The translations under genes were made by a program, and so were the position numbers. Below the pieces are notes generated by a model. That model was not told the DNA's origin. It saw only the letters and a program-made list of their open reading frames with translations, and did no database searches. A stretch of 63,116 nucleotides of DNA, the filler included, from Globobulimina sp. (Eukaryota), in assembly GCA_003354225.1 (NCBI GenBank). It is 55 parts of 55 records of this genome, joined end to end, with 100 filler letters (N's around TTAATTAATTAA, not from the genome) between each part and the next. Parts side by side here need not be neighbours in the genome. Positions count along the whole stretch, not along the records: positions 25,303 to 26,352 come from PIVH01024841.1; positions 26,453 to 27,502 come from PIVH01024842.1; positions 27,603 to 28,652 come from PIVH01024843.1; positions 28,753 to 29,802 come from PIVH01024844.1; positions 29,903 to 30,951 come from PIVH01024845.1; positions 31,052 to 32,100 come from PIVH01024846.1; positions 32,201 to 33,249 come from PIVH01024847.1; positions 33,350 to 34,398 come from PIVH01024848.1; 47 more parts are not named here. One strand, written 5' to 3'. Of the stretch, positions 25,303 through 37,945 are shown one piece after another; position 1 is the stretch's first letter, and each line of letters begins with the position of its first letter.

Positions 25303-26349
25303 AAACATTAACACAAATAACAACATAGCTGCTGTTAAATCAACCGCTGGTTTTATCACTTCGATCTTCGATGTATTCGCGTTATATCGCGCAATAAGCA
25401 TTGCTGTAAAGCAATATATTAAATAAATAGCACCGAATACGAAACCAAATAAATAGCAAATACCCGCATAAATTGCTACAGAATAATTAGCAATGCCAAT
25501 ATCCGCAGATATCAAATATGAAAATGATAAGACCATTGCACAAAATGTATACAGTGAACAAAATGTATACAGCCGATACTCCCTTCGATTCAAAAATCGT
25601 TTCCATAAATCAAAGCCTGTCACAAAGTGTTGTTCGTAAATTGTTTGTTTAATTTGTTACGCACTGTTTGTATATATACCTGTTATGACACTAAAAGCAG
25701 AGATATAAAACATTTCCGTCCATATGATGCCAGATAATGAGCTCAAATCTCTATCGATATCACTTCCAAAATTATTTAAGATTGCTGCAAAATGACACGC
25801 TGCGATAAAATATAAAAACGCTCCAAAAAAATAGAGTGCGGTGATGACATAAATGATAATTTGTTTCGCCGGTATTATTTTATCAAACTTATCAAATATT
25901 GCTATGATTAAGCCACAAATGGATGCGTTAAATACTATAATTATTCCAAAGGCAGATAGAATATATGCAGTCACTAAGTCGTTATCACCGACGACAGAGG
26001 CAAACCATAATGGAAATGAAAAGATACAAAAAAAAAATAATATTGAATTCGTACAAAAAGACCGGACCACAAAATCATCAAATATGCCATTATTGTTATT
26101 GCTATCTGCTTTGTTTGATGTTTGTTCAGTATTATCACTGTTATTAATTGTATCTTCAACTGCATTATGCGTGGATTGTGATTCGGAGGAATGATCAACG
26201 GAATGTGGTAAATGTAATGACGATTCATCTGCATCACCGTCGCATGTCTGTTGTTGGTATTTCTCTTCTTGTGGTGACGACGCCATGCAGCTGGTCTTGT
26301 TAATTTTTTTCGTGAAAAACGTTTCAAAATGTTCTTTATATTGTTTCAA
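25303..26349 (-). CDS. Multi-pass membrane protein, intron 25617-25679
   Basis: A 63-nt GT-AG intron joins VITG to FDLWKRF in frame, giving about seven hydrophobic segments. Confidence 0.7.
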
Positions 26350-26539
26350 TTGNNNNNNNNNNNNNNNNNNNNNNNNNNNNNNNNNNNNNNNNNNNNTTAA
26401 TTAATTAANNNNNNNNNNNNNNNNNNNNNNNNNNNNNNNNNNNNNNNNNNNNGCCGTCGGCCACGTTCAGCGCTGCCCCTTTCCCATCAACCCCTTTCCC
26501 GCCAATACTACCCCGATCGGCTCCGCCTTCGTCGAAATC

Positions 26540-26983
26540 GTGATGATAGAGTCCGAAGGTGAAAAAGCTGGAACCTCTGCGCAAACTGCTACAACAACAA
26601 AAGCGAGAGTCAGTGCTTTTAGAACTCCAATCTCTGAATTTCTTGCTGGGTCACCAGATATTGATGAATGTCATAAAATTCGACTGAAGCATGAACATGT
26701 ATTTACAGACTATCATCCCAAGAAGAGGGTCGCCGTAGATATAGAATGTGATGGTTCCACTAAAAAACGACGGAAAACAGTTATGATTCAAGGTGATGTA
26801 AGACGTACATGGAGCCGAACTCCACCAGAAACAAAACCTCCTCTTCGACCTGCGAAAGACCGGTGCCTTTTAAGACCTGAATTACTGTCCATGAATCCTA
26901 GTGAAATATTTATGGACTTTATGAAAGAACTTTTGCAGGTACATACAGTACAAAACACAAACTTGAGTCAAAAGTTTATATAG
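26540..26983 (+). mobile_element. Possible truncated piggyBac-like transposase N-terminus
   Basis: RRTW followed by MNPSEIFMDFMKELL..TVQNTNL resembles the P..FF..F...L..IV..TN.Y start of PGBD transposases. The ORF stops just after it. Confidence 0.4.
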
Positions 26984-27858
26984 CTTCTGAAGGTTAGTGT
27001 ATCAAAAACACTAATGAGTTTCTGACATAGTATACAAGATCCTTTCTTTTATACAATACCTTTCTGGCAATATACAACTATAGACACTGTGCTGTGATTT
27101 GTACTGTCTCCTTGACATACACCCTTGTGCTGTCGACAGCGTGTAATCATGCTGTTTTTCGAAGAGTACTGTCGGTGCCCAAAGAACACCCTGTGATGCT
27201 CCTAAGTAGCAACCCAAAAAGCTAGTTGACATTATAAATGTCTAGAATATATGGCAAATAAGAATTTTTGCCTCTAGAAATCGTTTAAATGTTTAGACCA
27301 TAAATCTAATTTGGCAGCACGATCCAGTGCGGCAGCACAATCGGCAACAGCAGGCAGCATGTTAAAGAGCTATGGAGCACGCGGCTCATGTTCATCCCCA
27401 ATAGAGAGAAGAAGTTTTGTTTATCTATAAATTATTATTTAAAGGTTTGGCTAAAAGAGACCAATGTGCAAGGAGAACATTTATTTCGTTCCAGACAAAA
27501 TGNNNNNNNNNNNNNNNNNNNNNNNNNNNNNNNNNNNNNNNNNNNNTTAATTAATTAANNNNNNNNNNNNNNNNNNNNNNNNNNNNNNNNNNNNNNNNNN
27601 NNTTCAGTTTGAATTCAAAACATTTCGTTTTTGAAACACTGCCTGTTTATAGCCTATGGGCGTATGAATGTAATATTCTATACATCACGAATTTAAAACA
27701 TCACGAATCTTTAAATCAAAAATTTCCAAAAGGCAATATTCTAAACACGTCCTATTCTAAAGTAAATAAAGAAAGTTTTATCACTTTTGAGGCTCCGAAC
27801 TTAGTTGACATTAGTAATGTTAAAAAAAACTTTTTTAACTAGTTTTGTACTGCTAATC

Positions 27859-28652
27859 ATGGCGCAGTTCTTTTCCACATATCATGCAACAGAACTGGTA
27901 TTTGGAATGATTGAACTTTTGATCATCATACCATTCTTAATATATTCATTTTTGTCTCTAAGAAAGCATATCAATGCAGTCTACTTCAATCGTAGAGGTA
28001 AAACAATTACTATTGCATGGTTTATCTCATTAACCATATACAATGTTATGCTAATCATAATAATAATATCCTATTTATTTGATAGTCAAAGTGTAGAAGC
28101 ATTTATATTTTCATCTACAATATCCACTGTACATCACATGGTTGCTTCATCATCAATATGGATGAATTTATGTCGTTGTTGGCAACTATATTATAACAAA
28201 AAATATTATCAAGGCTTACAAAATGCAAAATGGCGAAGTAAAATCAACCAAAATGATACTGATTTCTATGTGAAATATCGATCAAGCATCGGAAATACCA
28301 TCTACTTTATCGCTGCGTTTCTATGGTTTATCGATGGCTTTGCCTTCTTGTTAAGTGCAACTGTATCAAAGTAATTATCTTTTATTTTTATGATACTTGC
28401 AATATACAGCTCCATGTCAGCATTTTTTGCATGTCCACATTGTAAAACAGCAACTGTTGGGTCACTTTATTTAACATTCTATTTATTTGCATCAATAATA
28501 TTATGCTTATCAGGTATTGATGACATATTTTTTATTCGCAGAGAATTGATTTGTATCATAGCATTGCAAGCATTTGGTTCTTTATTATCATTCATATTGA
28601 ATATATTTGTAACGCATTGTGTACAATTTAATAGCGATGATGCTATGTTTAC
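27859..28652 (+). CDS. Multi-TM receptor-like protein, possibly of the 7TM-RGS type; probable 39-nt intron 28371-28409
   Basis: About six TM helices, RCWQLYY after TM3 and DDIFFIRREL before a late TM helix. No RGS domain lies within the contig. Confidence 0.5.
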
Positions 28653-29216
28653 NNNNNNNNNNNNNNNNNNNNNNNNNNNNNNNNNNNNNNNNNNNNTTAA
28701 TTAATTAANNNNNNNNNNNNNNNNNNNNNNNNNNNNNNNNNNNNNNNNNNNNAGTGTTTCTCAAACAGATCTCAACCAAATCTCAGATTCATATAAATCT
28801 ATAAATCATACTAGAATTTCACTAATCCCATAACTACCTTAATAATGTTTTGGTTGTCATGTTATGGTCAGTCGTCTTATTTGTTTCTATTCGTGATTGT
28901 TTGAATGAATTTTGTAATATATTAATCTTTATGGATACTTCCAGTAAAATGCTTTTAATGTCTTCAATATTTTTCTTTGGCTTTGATTCTGCTGCATTTT
29001 GGAATTGACATTGAAAATTATTTTTCAATCTACTTAGTTCCAATAATGTGGATTGCAATGATTCATGATTTCGTTCAATATTTTGATACCACTGTCCAGA
29101 ATAGAACATCGCTATTCGCTATGTTCAAGACAGCTCCATTTTTCAAAACAAAGTTTTTGAGCTAAATTTCCAAAACGAAACAAAAACCGGTCAGTATTTT
29201 TTTTTCTGTAGAAATC

Positions 29217-29642
29217 ATGGCACAACCTGCTAATGAGGAAAAAACTGAAGACATTGAATTCGAAGAACGTCATATTTGGCCAAAATCATTGTTATTAAAC
29301 CAATCATATGCAGCTGCATTTGCCTGCATAAAGTATGTAATGTCTTGTATACGCATTGCCTAATTTGCATTGCTATTATTTTTTAGATGTAATGGAGTAC
29401 CAACATCATGCATGAATAATGGGGATGGGGAAATATTATGTACTCAATGTGCCAATCGAATCGATAATGTTTCACAGAATAAAACTGTGCGGAAATTGAT
29501 AAATAACATGAAAACAAAATGTTTAAGTTTACAGTCAGATATTAATCAACAAAAAGATGATATCGAGGGAGGAAATATAATACTAACACAAATATATGAC
29601 AATCAATGTGATTGGACGGGAATTAAAGACTCATATGGATGA
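29217..29642 (+). CDS. Degenerate RING / TRAF-like zinc-finger protein, intron 29333-29386
   Basis: The spliced product reads FACIKCNGVP..C..ILCTQC..NKTVRKLINNMKTKC..CDWTG, the N-terminus of TRAF-like proteins. It terminates early. Confidence 0.7.
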
Positions 29643-30071
29643 ATATAAATTTGATCATATATCCAATAAATTTGATTATTATAATAATTTATTAAAACAT
29701 AAAAATACAACACACACAGCTTCATGATAAAATTATGCAACAAAATGATATTGTTTCTGCGGTACGTTAGCTTTGTTACATGACTTACATCCATATTAAA
29801 TANNNNNNNNNNNNNNNNNNNNNNNNNNNNNNNNNNNNNNNNNNNNTTAATTAATTAANNNNNNNNNNNNNNNNNNNNNNNNNNNNNNNNNNNNNNNNNN
29901 NNTTATACGAAATTCCCTCGTAAAAATCATATTTAGGATCGCCAATCTAAAAGACAAGTGTAGACATTGGAGACATGAAATGTAACGGTCTCGAAAATCA
30001 CTTAGTTGGCCAAAGTCAATTAAAATTAACGAAAATCTTACTTCATATTCAGTCAAAGTCAACTCAAGACA

Positions 30072-30951
30072 ATGGTTGCCTTTGTAAGCAAAGCATCGTG
30101 CACCTGCTTGCTTGTGGTATCCATCGTCATTTGTGGTGTTATCACTTTGTTAGGTGTCACATCATCGATTAAATTGACTTCATACACTGCTATTTTACAT
30201 GCAAATATCACTCCCAATTCAACAACATCGACGATTCCAACACCAAAACTAAAACTAAATGACACCGCCATATCAAATCCCAGCCATACAGACAGCATAA
30301 ATATTACCTCCAGTTCAACCACATCACCTGTCAATGACTCAAAACCTCCAATTTTAGATAAACTGCGTTTGCTGAGAGCGATTCAAGAGATTGAATTTAG
30401 TATTTATTTGGATGAAATCCACTCCATTCCAGAATACAATGACTCCATATTTTCGACTGGATTAGCTCCGCACTACTATGATGGCCCATTTTCATTCCAA
30501 AAAACCTGCAAACAAATGCGATTTAGATACCTGTGCTTACCATATATCATTGAACAATATGCCTTTGACCAATGGACAATGTTACTGCATAACAATACTG
30601 TCAACGAAACGAGTTTGTCCAATGACACAACAAATATATTATCCATTCTCCAGCGCCATTATGATGTCTATAATCACAATATTTTCCATCGGTTAATCCA
30701 ACGGATTAACACAAGAAATAAAGTGTTTATCAAACCCAATCTGAACATATTAATGTATGGCAATTCTCATTTGTAGCAAGTGATACTCGGTTTTCTCTGT
30801 AATTTAAAGAGTATTAATTCCAATGCCATTTTGCAATATATACCTTCTGTGATATATTGTAACGAGACACTGCAACATTCAGCTTTTAACTTTCATGATA
30901 CGTTTTGTTTGGATGCTACGCGGATTAAGATCAAAGAAAGCAATGTCAGGC
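30072..30951 (+). pseudogene. Type II membrane protein with an SGNH-like motif interrupted by an in-frame TAG
   Basis: TM anchor, Ser/Thr-rich stalk, then NILMYGNSHL-TAG(30774)-QVILGFLC, continuing open to the contig end. Confidence 0.55.
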
Positions 30952-31051
30952 NNNNNNNNNNNNNNNNNNNNNNNNNNNNNNNNNNNNNNNNNNNNTTAAT
31001 TAATTAANNNNNNNNNNNNNNNNNNNNNNNNNNNNNNNNNNNNNNNNNNNN

Positions 31052-32100
31052 GGTCTAAGACAAGGAGCAGTAGCCGGTGCCGTGCTCTTTTCAGTCTACA
31101 TGGATGAACTCATGACCAGACTAAGTAGAGCAAAGGTAGGCTGTCATATTGAAAGCAATTTCTTTGGGTGTCTTGCATATGCTGATGACTTAACTTTATT
31201 AGCTCCAACAGTTGATGGGCTCAGAAAATTAATTGAAGTCATGGAAAAGTTTGGTGATGAATTCAAAGTAAAATTTAATCCTGTTAAAACAAAATGTATG
31301 CTGTTTTCTGAGAAAAGACACAAAATAGATGATCTTCCTGTTATCCAAATTTCTGGTAGGCAAATCCAATGGGTGTCCCAGTTTAAATACTTGGGTACCA
31401 TTGTGACGCCAAACCTGTCTGATCAAGAAGACATTGAAAATAAACGAGTTCATTTTGTGCAAAAATCAAACCACACTTTAAGTGCATTTTCATTAGCACC
31501 TGCAGACTTGAGGTGTAAGCTCATTCAAACATACTGTACTGCGGCCTATGGGTCCCAGTCATGGAAATTGAATGAAGCACATCTTGAAAGAATCAGAACA
31601 GCCTGGAATGTTGTGATGCGTAAAGTATGGCGGCTTCCACCAACCGCACACTCCAGGTTGTTGCCCATAATCGCAAAAAATAGTAACTTGAAAAGTCAGA
31701 TTTTTAAAAGAGTCCATTCTTTCCACAACAAATTAGCAAATTCTGGTAATGACAAGGTCAGATTTATCTGGAAAGTGTCGAAAAATAACCCAAAATCAAC
31801 ACTATCTGCAAATGATACATTCTTGGCGAACATTGGCAATGTTGGATCAACCACCGAAGACACACTGCGAACCGCACAGCAAATTTTTGAATTAAATCAA
31901 TGCTTAGATGGTTTAAAGGACTGTGGACTCACCAAGATCGAAATGAAAGAGATCTTAAATTATATTGCTACATTGTGAAATATTCTAGTCATGTACTAAC
32001 CTGATATTCTTTGAAAATTTTTTTATTGTATGTTATTAACCTCTCTTGTCTATTGCATTGCGTATCAAATCGCGAATAAATAATAATAATAATAATAATA
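31052..32100 (+). mobile_element. LINE 3' end: reverse transcriptase C-terminus (ORF to 31978), 3' UTR and (TAA)n tail
   Basis: GLRQG, LFSVYMD, LAYADDL, FNPVKT, FKYLG, YGSQSW. AATAAA is followed directly by a taa microsatellite at about 32076-32100. Confidence 0.95.
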
Positions 32101-32534
32101 NNNNNNNNNNNNNNNNNNNNNNNNNNNNNNNNNNNNNNNNNNNNTTAATTAATTAANNNNNNNNNNNNNNNNNNNNNNNNNNNNNNNNNNNNNNNNNNNN
32201 TTGTTAATTGTTAAAAATCAAATCATACTCGAATAATACATTGTAATGCGGATATATGCGGTTTGTATCGTCAATTATTTGAGTTTGAATTGCCTTGTCT
32301 TGTTTTTGTAGAGTTTGTTATTTTGTGTTGAGTTAATTGGTGGTTGTTTCTTAATTAATTTTTTTTTGTCTTTTCTTTTGATCTATCTATTATTAAACTT
32401 TTTATTTATGTTTGTTATGTTGTTATGTTGTTTTATGCTGGTTTGTATTATACGCGATTGGTGAGTTGAATTTATTTATTGTAATTTTTTTTTCTTATCA
32501 AATTGAGAAAAACGTTTTTTCCACAAACAACTGA

Positions 32535-33249
32535 ATGGCAATCCAATCCAACATACTGTTTTTATCATATAGAGAGTACCATTATGCATGCTGTGTAATA
32601 TACTTTGCATTCTATTTTTTTATTTACTTATTTGTATCAATTTATTTACAATGGAAAATTAAAAATATATTATCCCGAACGCAGATGGAAATGAATGATA
32701 CGCCCATTATAAATAAGATACAATTGTCAGTTGATGATTTTTATAATGATTCCAACACCAACACAAAAGAAAAAATATCATTGAAAAAACCAAAACCATT
32801 ATCAAGTTCACCGTCAACATCAAAAAATATATTTTTCAATGAAAAAATCCTTAAAAAGCAGTCTGTAGCAAAAGCATGGAGCTATTCACTAATACATAAA
32901 CACAATATATACAGACATATTTTAGTTGAATTAATAGTAAAATCACTACACATTGGCACTGTGTTAAAATTGTTTTTAATTTATAACAATATGGATATGG
33001 CTATGGACAAAGAATATAATCTAATTAAGATATCATTATATGCATCACTTTCCATTTGCATTTTATATAAAATAATATCGTGCATCACAATGTATATAAT
33101 TTCATATAAATGTATCGATATTGTATACGAATTATTAAATCTTACATTGTTACGCTGTTTATATGTAAATTACAGGTTATATACGAAGGACACTTCAGCG
33201 CCATAAAGATTTATACATTTATTGCATTCATCATTAAAAACCTCATCAT
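32535..33249 (+). CDS. Hypothetical membrane protein, partial or frameshifted near 33200
   Basis: 223-aa ORF with hydrophobic helices. No family recognised. Confidence 0.5.
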
Positions 33250-33349
33250 NNNNNNNNNNNNNNNNNNNNNNNNNNNNNNNNNNNNNNNNNNNNTTAATTA
33301 ATTAANNNNNNNNNNNNNNNNNNNNNNNNNNNNNNNNNNNNNNNNNNNN

Positions 33350-34398
33350 TTAATATCGATATGATTATATGTTAGCAATTATTAAATATGAAGGAACCCC
33401 TATTGTTCCACGAATAGGCGAACATGTTGTATTTGATGTATCTTCATTTATTGTTAGAGATGTTATATATCGTATAGTAGAATCAGAAATAAAAATTATT
33501 GTAGAATTAAGTGGAGCATAATATGAAATTTTATGAAATATATCAAAGAATAATAAAGGTTTTAGAATCATGTGAAACTGGTGCACAATTGTGTACTGCA
33601 CAGAAATATTGCTGGATGCTAAATAATTTTTATCTATCAAATCATTCATCGTACTTTGAACTTGAGGCGACAATTATTTATCATAAACATTTGATGTTGA
33701 AAAAAATATTAAAAGGATAATAAAATATGACATGGTATGATAGAGCAATGAATTTTAATTATGAAAACAATGTAAGATACTCAGAACGATTTATATTATT
33801 TTATTATAGGAGCGTTTAAAATGAGATTTTTAGGAAAAAGATTAACAAAAAGAAAAGACGGAACATATGATTTTGATCCAGAAGGTACTAAAGATCCCGA
33901 ATATCCTGTAGGTTGGTTTGAACCGGAAGGTCATAAAAATAATAAAGACACATTAAGATGTATTACAGATTTTTTAAGCAATTATTTCTATAACCTTTTT
34001 GATTTGATGCCAAAAGAGTACGGAACTTTTAAAAATGCTGATAATTGTGATATTAGAATTGCTATGCTATTAAAAGATATGATTCGAATAATAACTTGGA
34101 TATCTAACTCATCGAGTATGAAAGATGGTGAATTACATGATTTTGATATTTTTGAAATTGAAAACAGACTCACTAACTTAAAATTAAATGAAAGAGGATA
34201 ATAATGCTAACAAAGTATGCACAGCAAAAATTAGATATATGGAAAAAAGAAAATAAAAATCATGTTAGCAAGTTTTATCAAGTTGTAGAAGCATATGAAA
34301 AAATTTATATGTTAGAAAAAGAATTAGATTTTAGTTACATGTTTATGTATAGAGATTCAATTTCAATTTCATATTATTTAAAAGAATATGAATCCCTT
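33350..34398 (+). mobile_element. Phage-like string of five tightly packed small ORFs
   Basis: ORFs at <33350-33521, 33523-33720, 33727-33819, 33821-34201 and 34204->34398, with 1-6 nt gaps. Each has a Shine-Dalgarno (GGAG or AGGA) inside the preceding gene. Confidence 0.7.
33821..34201 (+). CDS. Hypothetical phage-like protein, 126 aa
   Basis: AGGAG RBS about 8 nt upstream and a complete ORF. No family recognised. Confidence 0.75.
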   Translation: MRFLGKRLTKRKDGTYDFDPEGTKDPEYPVGWFEPEGHKNNKDTLRCITDFLSNYFYNLFDLMPKEYGTFKNADNCDIRIAMLLKDMIRIITWISNSSSMKDGELHDFDIFEIENRLTNLKLNERG

Positions 34399-34498
34399 NN
34401 NNNNNNNNNNNNNNNNNNNNNNNNNNNNNNNNNNNNNNNNNNTTAATTAATTAANNNNNNNNNNNNNNNNNNNNNNNNNNNNNNNNNNNNNNNNNNNN

Positions 34499-35547
34499 TG
34501 CTATTCATCATTTGTTTTTTATTAGTGAATAATGCAGCATTACAATGCTTAAATGAAAACGGACACGATGTTGATTGGTGGTTTATTTACAAGATTAATA
34601 ATGGATTATCTTATACATATTATGATGCATCGAGTAAATTTCATGCATTTCCGGTGATTGTCGGCAAAATATTATCTGATCAGAATACTGCACTTTCATA
34701 CACAATAACACAAATATGGAACAATTCTAAATCATATAATTTCATCGCATATAATGTACGTTTCTTGTAACTTAATTAAATTTGTATGTTGTATGTTTTA
34801 ATATGCTCTGTTAATCTGACATTTAGGACGAACCTGCTCTGAACAAAAGCTATTCCAATTACGGCCACACCAAAGGTATATTTGCATATGATTTTAAGCA
34901 AAAGAATGGTTATTTTTTAATTCATTCATGGCCGAGATTTCCAAATCTGTCTGGTTCCACTTTTAATGTTAATCACGCCGCAACAACTTTCGCCCAAACC
35001 TTTTTATGTATATCTTACGAATCATATACAACAATGAACTCCATTGCACATCAAATCCGATATAACAAACCATTCGTTTATCACTCATTCAATCGGTTTA
35101 CGGAAACAAATAATTTTACGCAAATATTAAGTAAACAATGGATACGTGCATCAATTCCGAGCATTTTTGCGTTTAATACCACGAATCATGCACAACATTT
35201 TACTTATTTTGCAAAATCCGCCATATTCAATGATGATTTATATCAATATGTTTCCCGTCATTACCAACAATCATTTCTTTGGGGTTAAGTTTTATATAAT
35301 TGTTATAATTAACATTTTGTTTTAATGTGAACGTAAACGTTGCGCAGAAACATGGAGGAGACATGGCGAGGAACCAACATTCTGTTCACCGCAATATGAA
35401 TATGATACAATCAACGTGGAATCAGTGAGTTTGAACAATAAAACGTCGTGGAAATATACAAAAGATCACGGCAAAATCGGATGTAGCATCATCTTAAAAA
35501 GAAATGAGAAACCATTGATTTGTGTGGGTGATATCAATCGAATGTAC
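34499..35547 (+). CDS. DNASE2: Deoxyribonuclease II, introns 34756-34826 and 35284-35347
   Basis: The spliced product has CLNENGHDVDWWFIYK, YNDEP, GHTKG, HSWPRFP, QTFLCIS, FAKS, ETWR, KDHGK and CVGDINRM. Confidence 0.95.
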
Positions 35548-35647
35548 NNNNNNNNNNNNNNNNNNNNNNNNNNNNNNNNNNNNNNNNNNNNTTAATTAAT
35601 TAANNNNNNNNNNNNNNNNNNNNNNNNNNNNNNNNNNNNNNNNNNNN

Positions 35648-35782
35648 ATCTGCGGAACCGGGGCAAGATCCTATGAATCCCAGGTTTTTCTGAACCAGCA
35701 GGGATACGACAGAATTAAAAACGTCCAGGGCGGCTATGCGGTTCTGGCCATGACGGATCCCGAATTTATTCCCGGAGAATAG
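35648..35782 (+). CDS. Bacterial rhodanese domain C-terminus, possibly of a CoA-disulfide reductase-rhodanese fusion
   Basis: ICGTGARSYESQVFLNQQGYDRIKNVQGGY..PGE-stop. GC content is higher than in the eukaryotic part of the contig. Confidence 0.85.
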   Translation: MCGTGARSYESQVFLNQQGYDRIKNVQGGYAVLAMTDPEFIPGE

Positions 35783-35789
35783 TTTATTG

Positions 35790-35835
35790 ATATATGACAC
35801 CCTTTTGCGAAAAACACCAAAAGGGTGTCATATAT
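35790..35835. terminator. Hairpin between convergent bacterial genes (bidirectional terminator or REP-like element)
   Basis: Perfect 18-bp stem atatatgacacccttttg / caaaagggtgtcatatat with a 10-nt loop. Confidence 0.75.
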
Positions 35836-35847
35836 TTAAAGCATTAG

Positions 35848-35928
35848 CTATTCCGGCCTGAATCCCTGTTTCAAAAGATTTTCCAGGGATAGAAACAGCG
35901 GCTCGGGAAACTTCCCCCATTCAAACCA
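35848..35928 (-). CDS. C-terminus of a bacterial Nudix hydrolase (NUDT15/MutT-like)
   Basis: WFEWGKFPEPLFLSLENLLKQGFRPE matches the W.WF.W..LP.PLF.PL..L tail of this family. Confidence 0.7.
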   Translation of the reverse strand, partial: WFEWGKFPEPLFLSLENLLKQGFRPE

Positions 35929-36567
35929 CGCCCATTGCTCCTCACTTAATATATCTTCTTCGCTGTCTTGTTTTGCAAAATATCGCGTATCAAACATTAC
36001 AATATCAATTATTTTCTCATATGTCATGTTGGTCTCATTGATACTAATTTGGTTTTTCATCTCATAAAAATCATAAACGCCTTTCTGTGCTCGCTTGGTA
36101 TGGTTTTGTGGAATTTGCATGAAATCGTAGAATAATTCTTGTGCATAGTCTTTATGTTTCCATGTGTGATCTGCGTTATTTTCGCCAATATCGTGGTCGT
36201 CCCAAATGCCAATAATTGTGGTTAAATTCTTCAAAACCTGATATTGTATGTTTTGTTTCATCAAATCGTATTTGGCGAGCCAGGTATTTGGATCTGGGAC
36301 GTCGGGATTTCCCAATAAAAACGCATTGAATACGTATAATATTACACTGTAATCTGCGTAAGGGTACGAATTACTGATATCATGATCAAGATAGACAACA
36401 TCGCCTGTCCACACCCATAAATCTGGATTTCGTAACACAATGGATTTCCATGTAATTGCATTTGCGATGTCTTGGTGATTGCAGGACCCAAAATTAATTC
36501 GTGTTGACTGTGTAAACACACGTGTCAGTGTCACCAATACACTTATGATAAGACAGATAAGTGTCAT
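35920..36567 (-). CDS. phoD: PhoD-family alkaline phosphatase, N-terminal half, chimerically truncated
   Basis: Signal peptide, RINFGSC, PDLWVWTGDVVYLD, IWDDHDIGEN, MFDTRY, ILSEEQWAWFE. Confidence 0.92.
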
Positions 36568-36796
36568 GGTTATAATGCTAATTGAGTATAAATTAAACAA
36601 CAAAACACAGAGTACAATTGTCGTTGGAATACAAGGTTATAGGAAGGAAAATAGGTTAATAATAAAATGTTAATGGTTCCCGATGAAACACAACCTNNNN
36701 NNNNNNNNNNNNNNNNNNNNNNNNNNNNNNNNNNNNNNNNTTAATTAATTAANNNNNNNNNNNNNNNNNNNNNNNNNNNNNNNNNNNNNNNNNNNN

Positions 36797-37080
36797 ATGG
36801 GCTGTCGTAGCAGTGCCGCGGCGGCAATCTGGTCACTAAAAATGGTGGAAGCGTCATTGATCGGTTTCTTCTCTTCCTGATCATGCAAATTATGTAAACG
36901 AGGAACGGCATATTGCGCAGCTGGTTTGTTGTAATGTTTATTATTATTGTTAGTTTCGAACATATTATTATGGCTTTCATCATTCTTCATTATCTCATCG
37001 ACGATCAGCCCCATTTGTTCTTGTTGGTGTTGTACATATTGGGCAAATGGATCGGATTCATTCTCTGTTAAAATATTCAA
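36797..37080 (-). CDS. Hypothetical protein fragment transcribed divergently from calmodulin
   Basis: Open frame with an Asn/Gln-rich eukaryotic composition, running off the contig. Confidence 0.4.
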
Positions 37081-37361
37081 ACCTATTTATATTACACAGC
37101 AACAACAATTAAAAAACCACGTTATATGTTACGCGATCAGCTAACAATCAAAAACAAAAACAACTTATGTACAAATTTATTACTCCGCTTTCAAAATTAT
37201 TCAAAAAGTCATTATAAGACAATATTCAATAAAATCTCACCAAAATACATAGTTTTAAATACATTTTGCAATTAAAAATATGTGTTTCTATATTAACTCA
37301 TAATTGACGTCATAATATACAATAATCTAAAAAACAAATCTCATTTCTCTCCAATCTGTAA

Positions 37362-37845
<484 letters not shown>

Positions 37846-37945
37846 NNNNNNNNNNNNNNNNNNNNNNNNNNNNNNNNNNNNNNNNNNNNTTAATTAATTA
37901 ANNNNNNNNNNNNNNNNNNNNNNNNNNNNNNNNNNNNNNNNNNNN

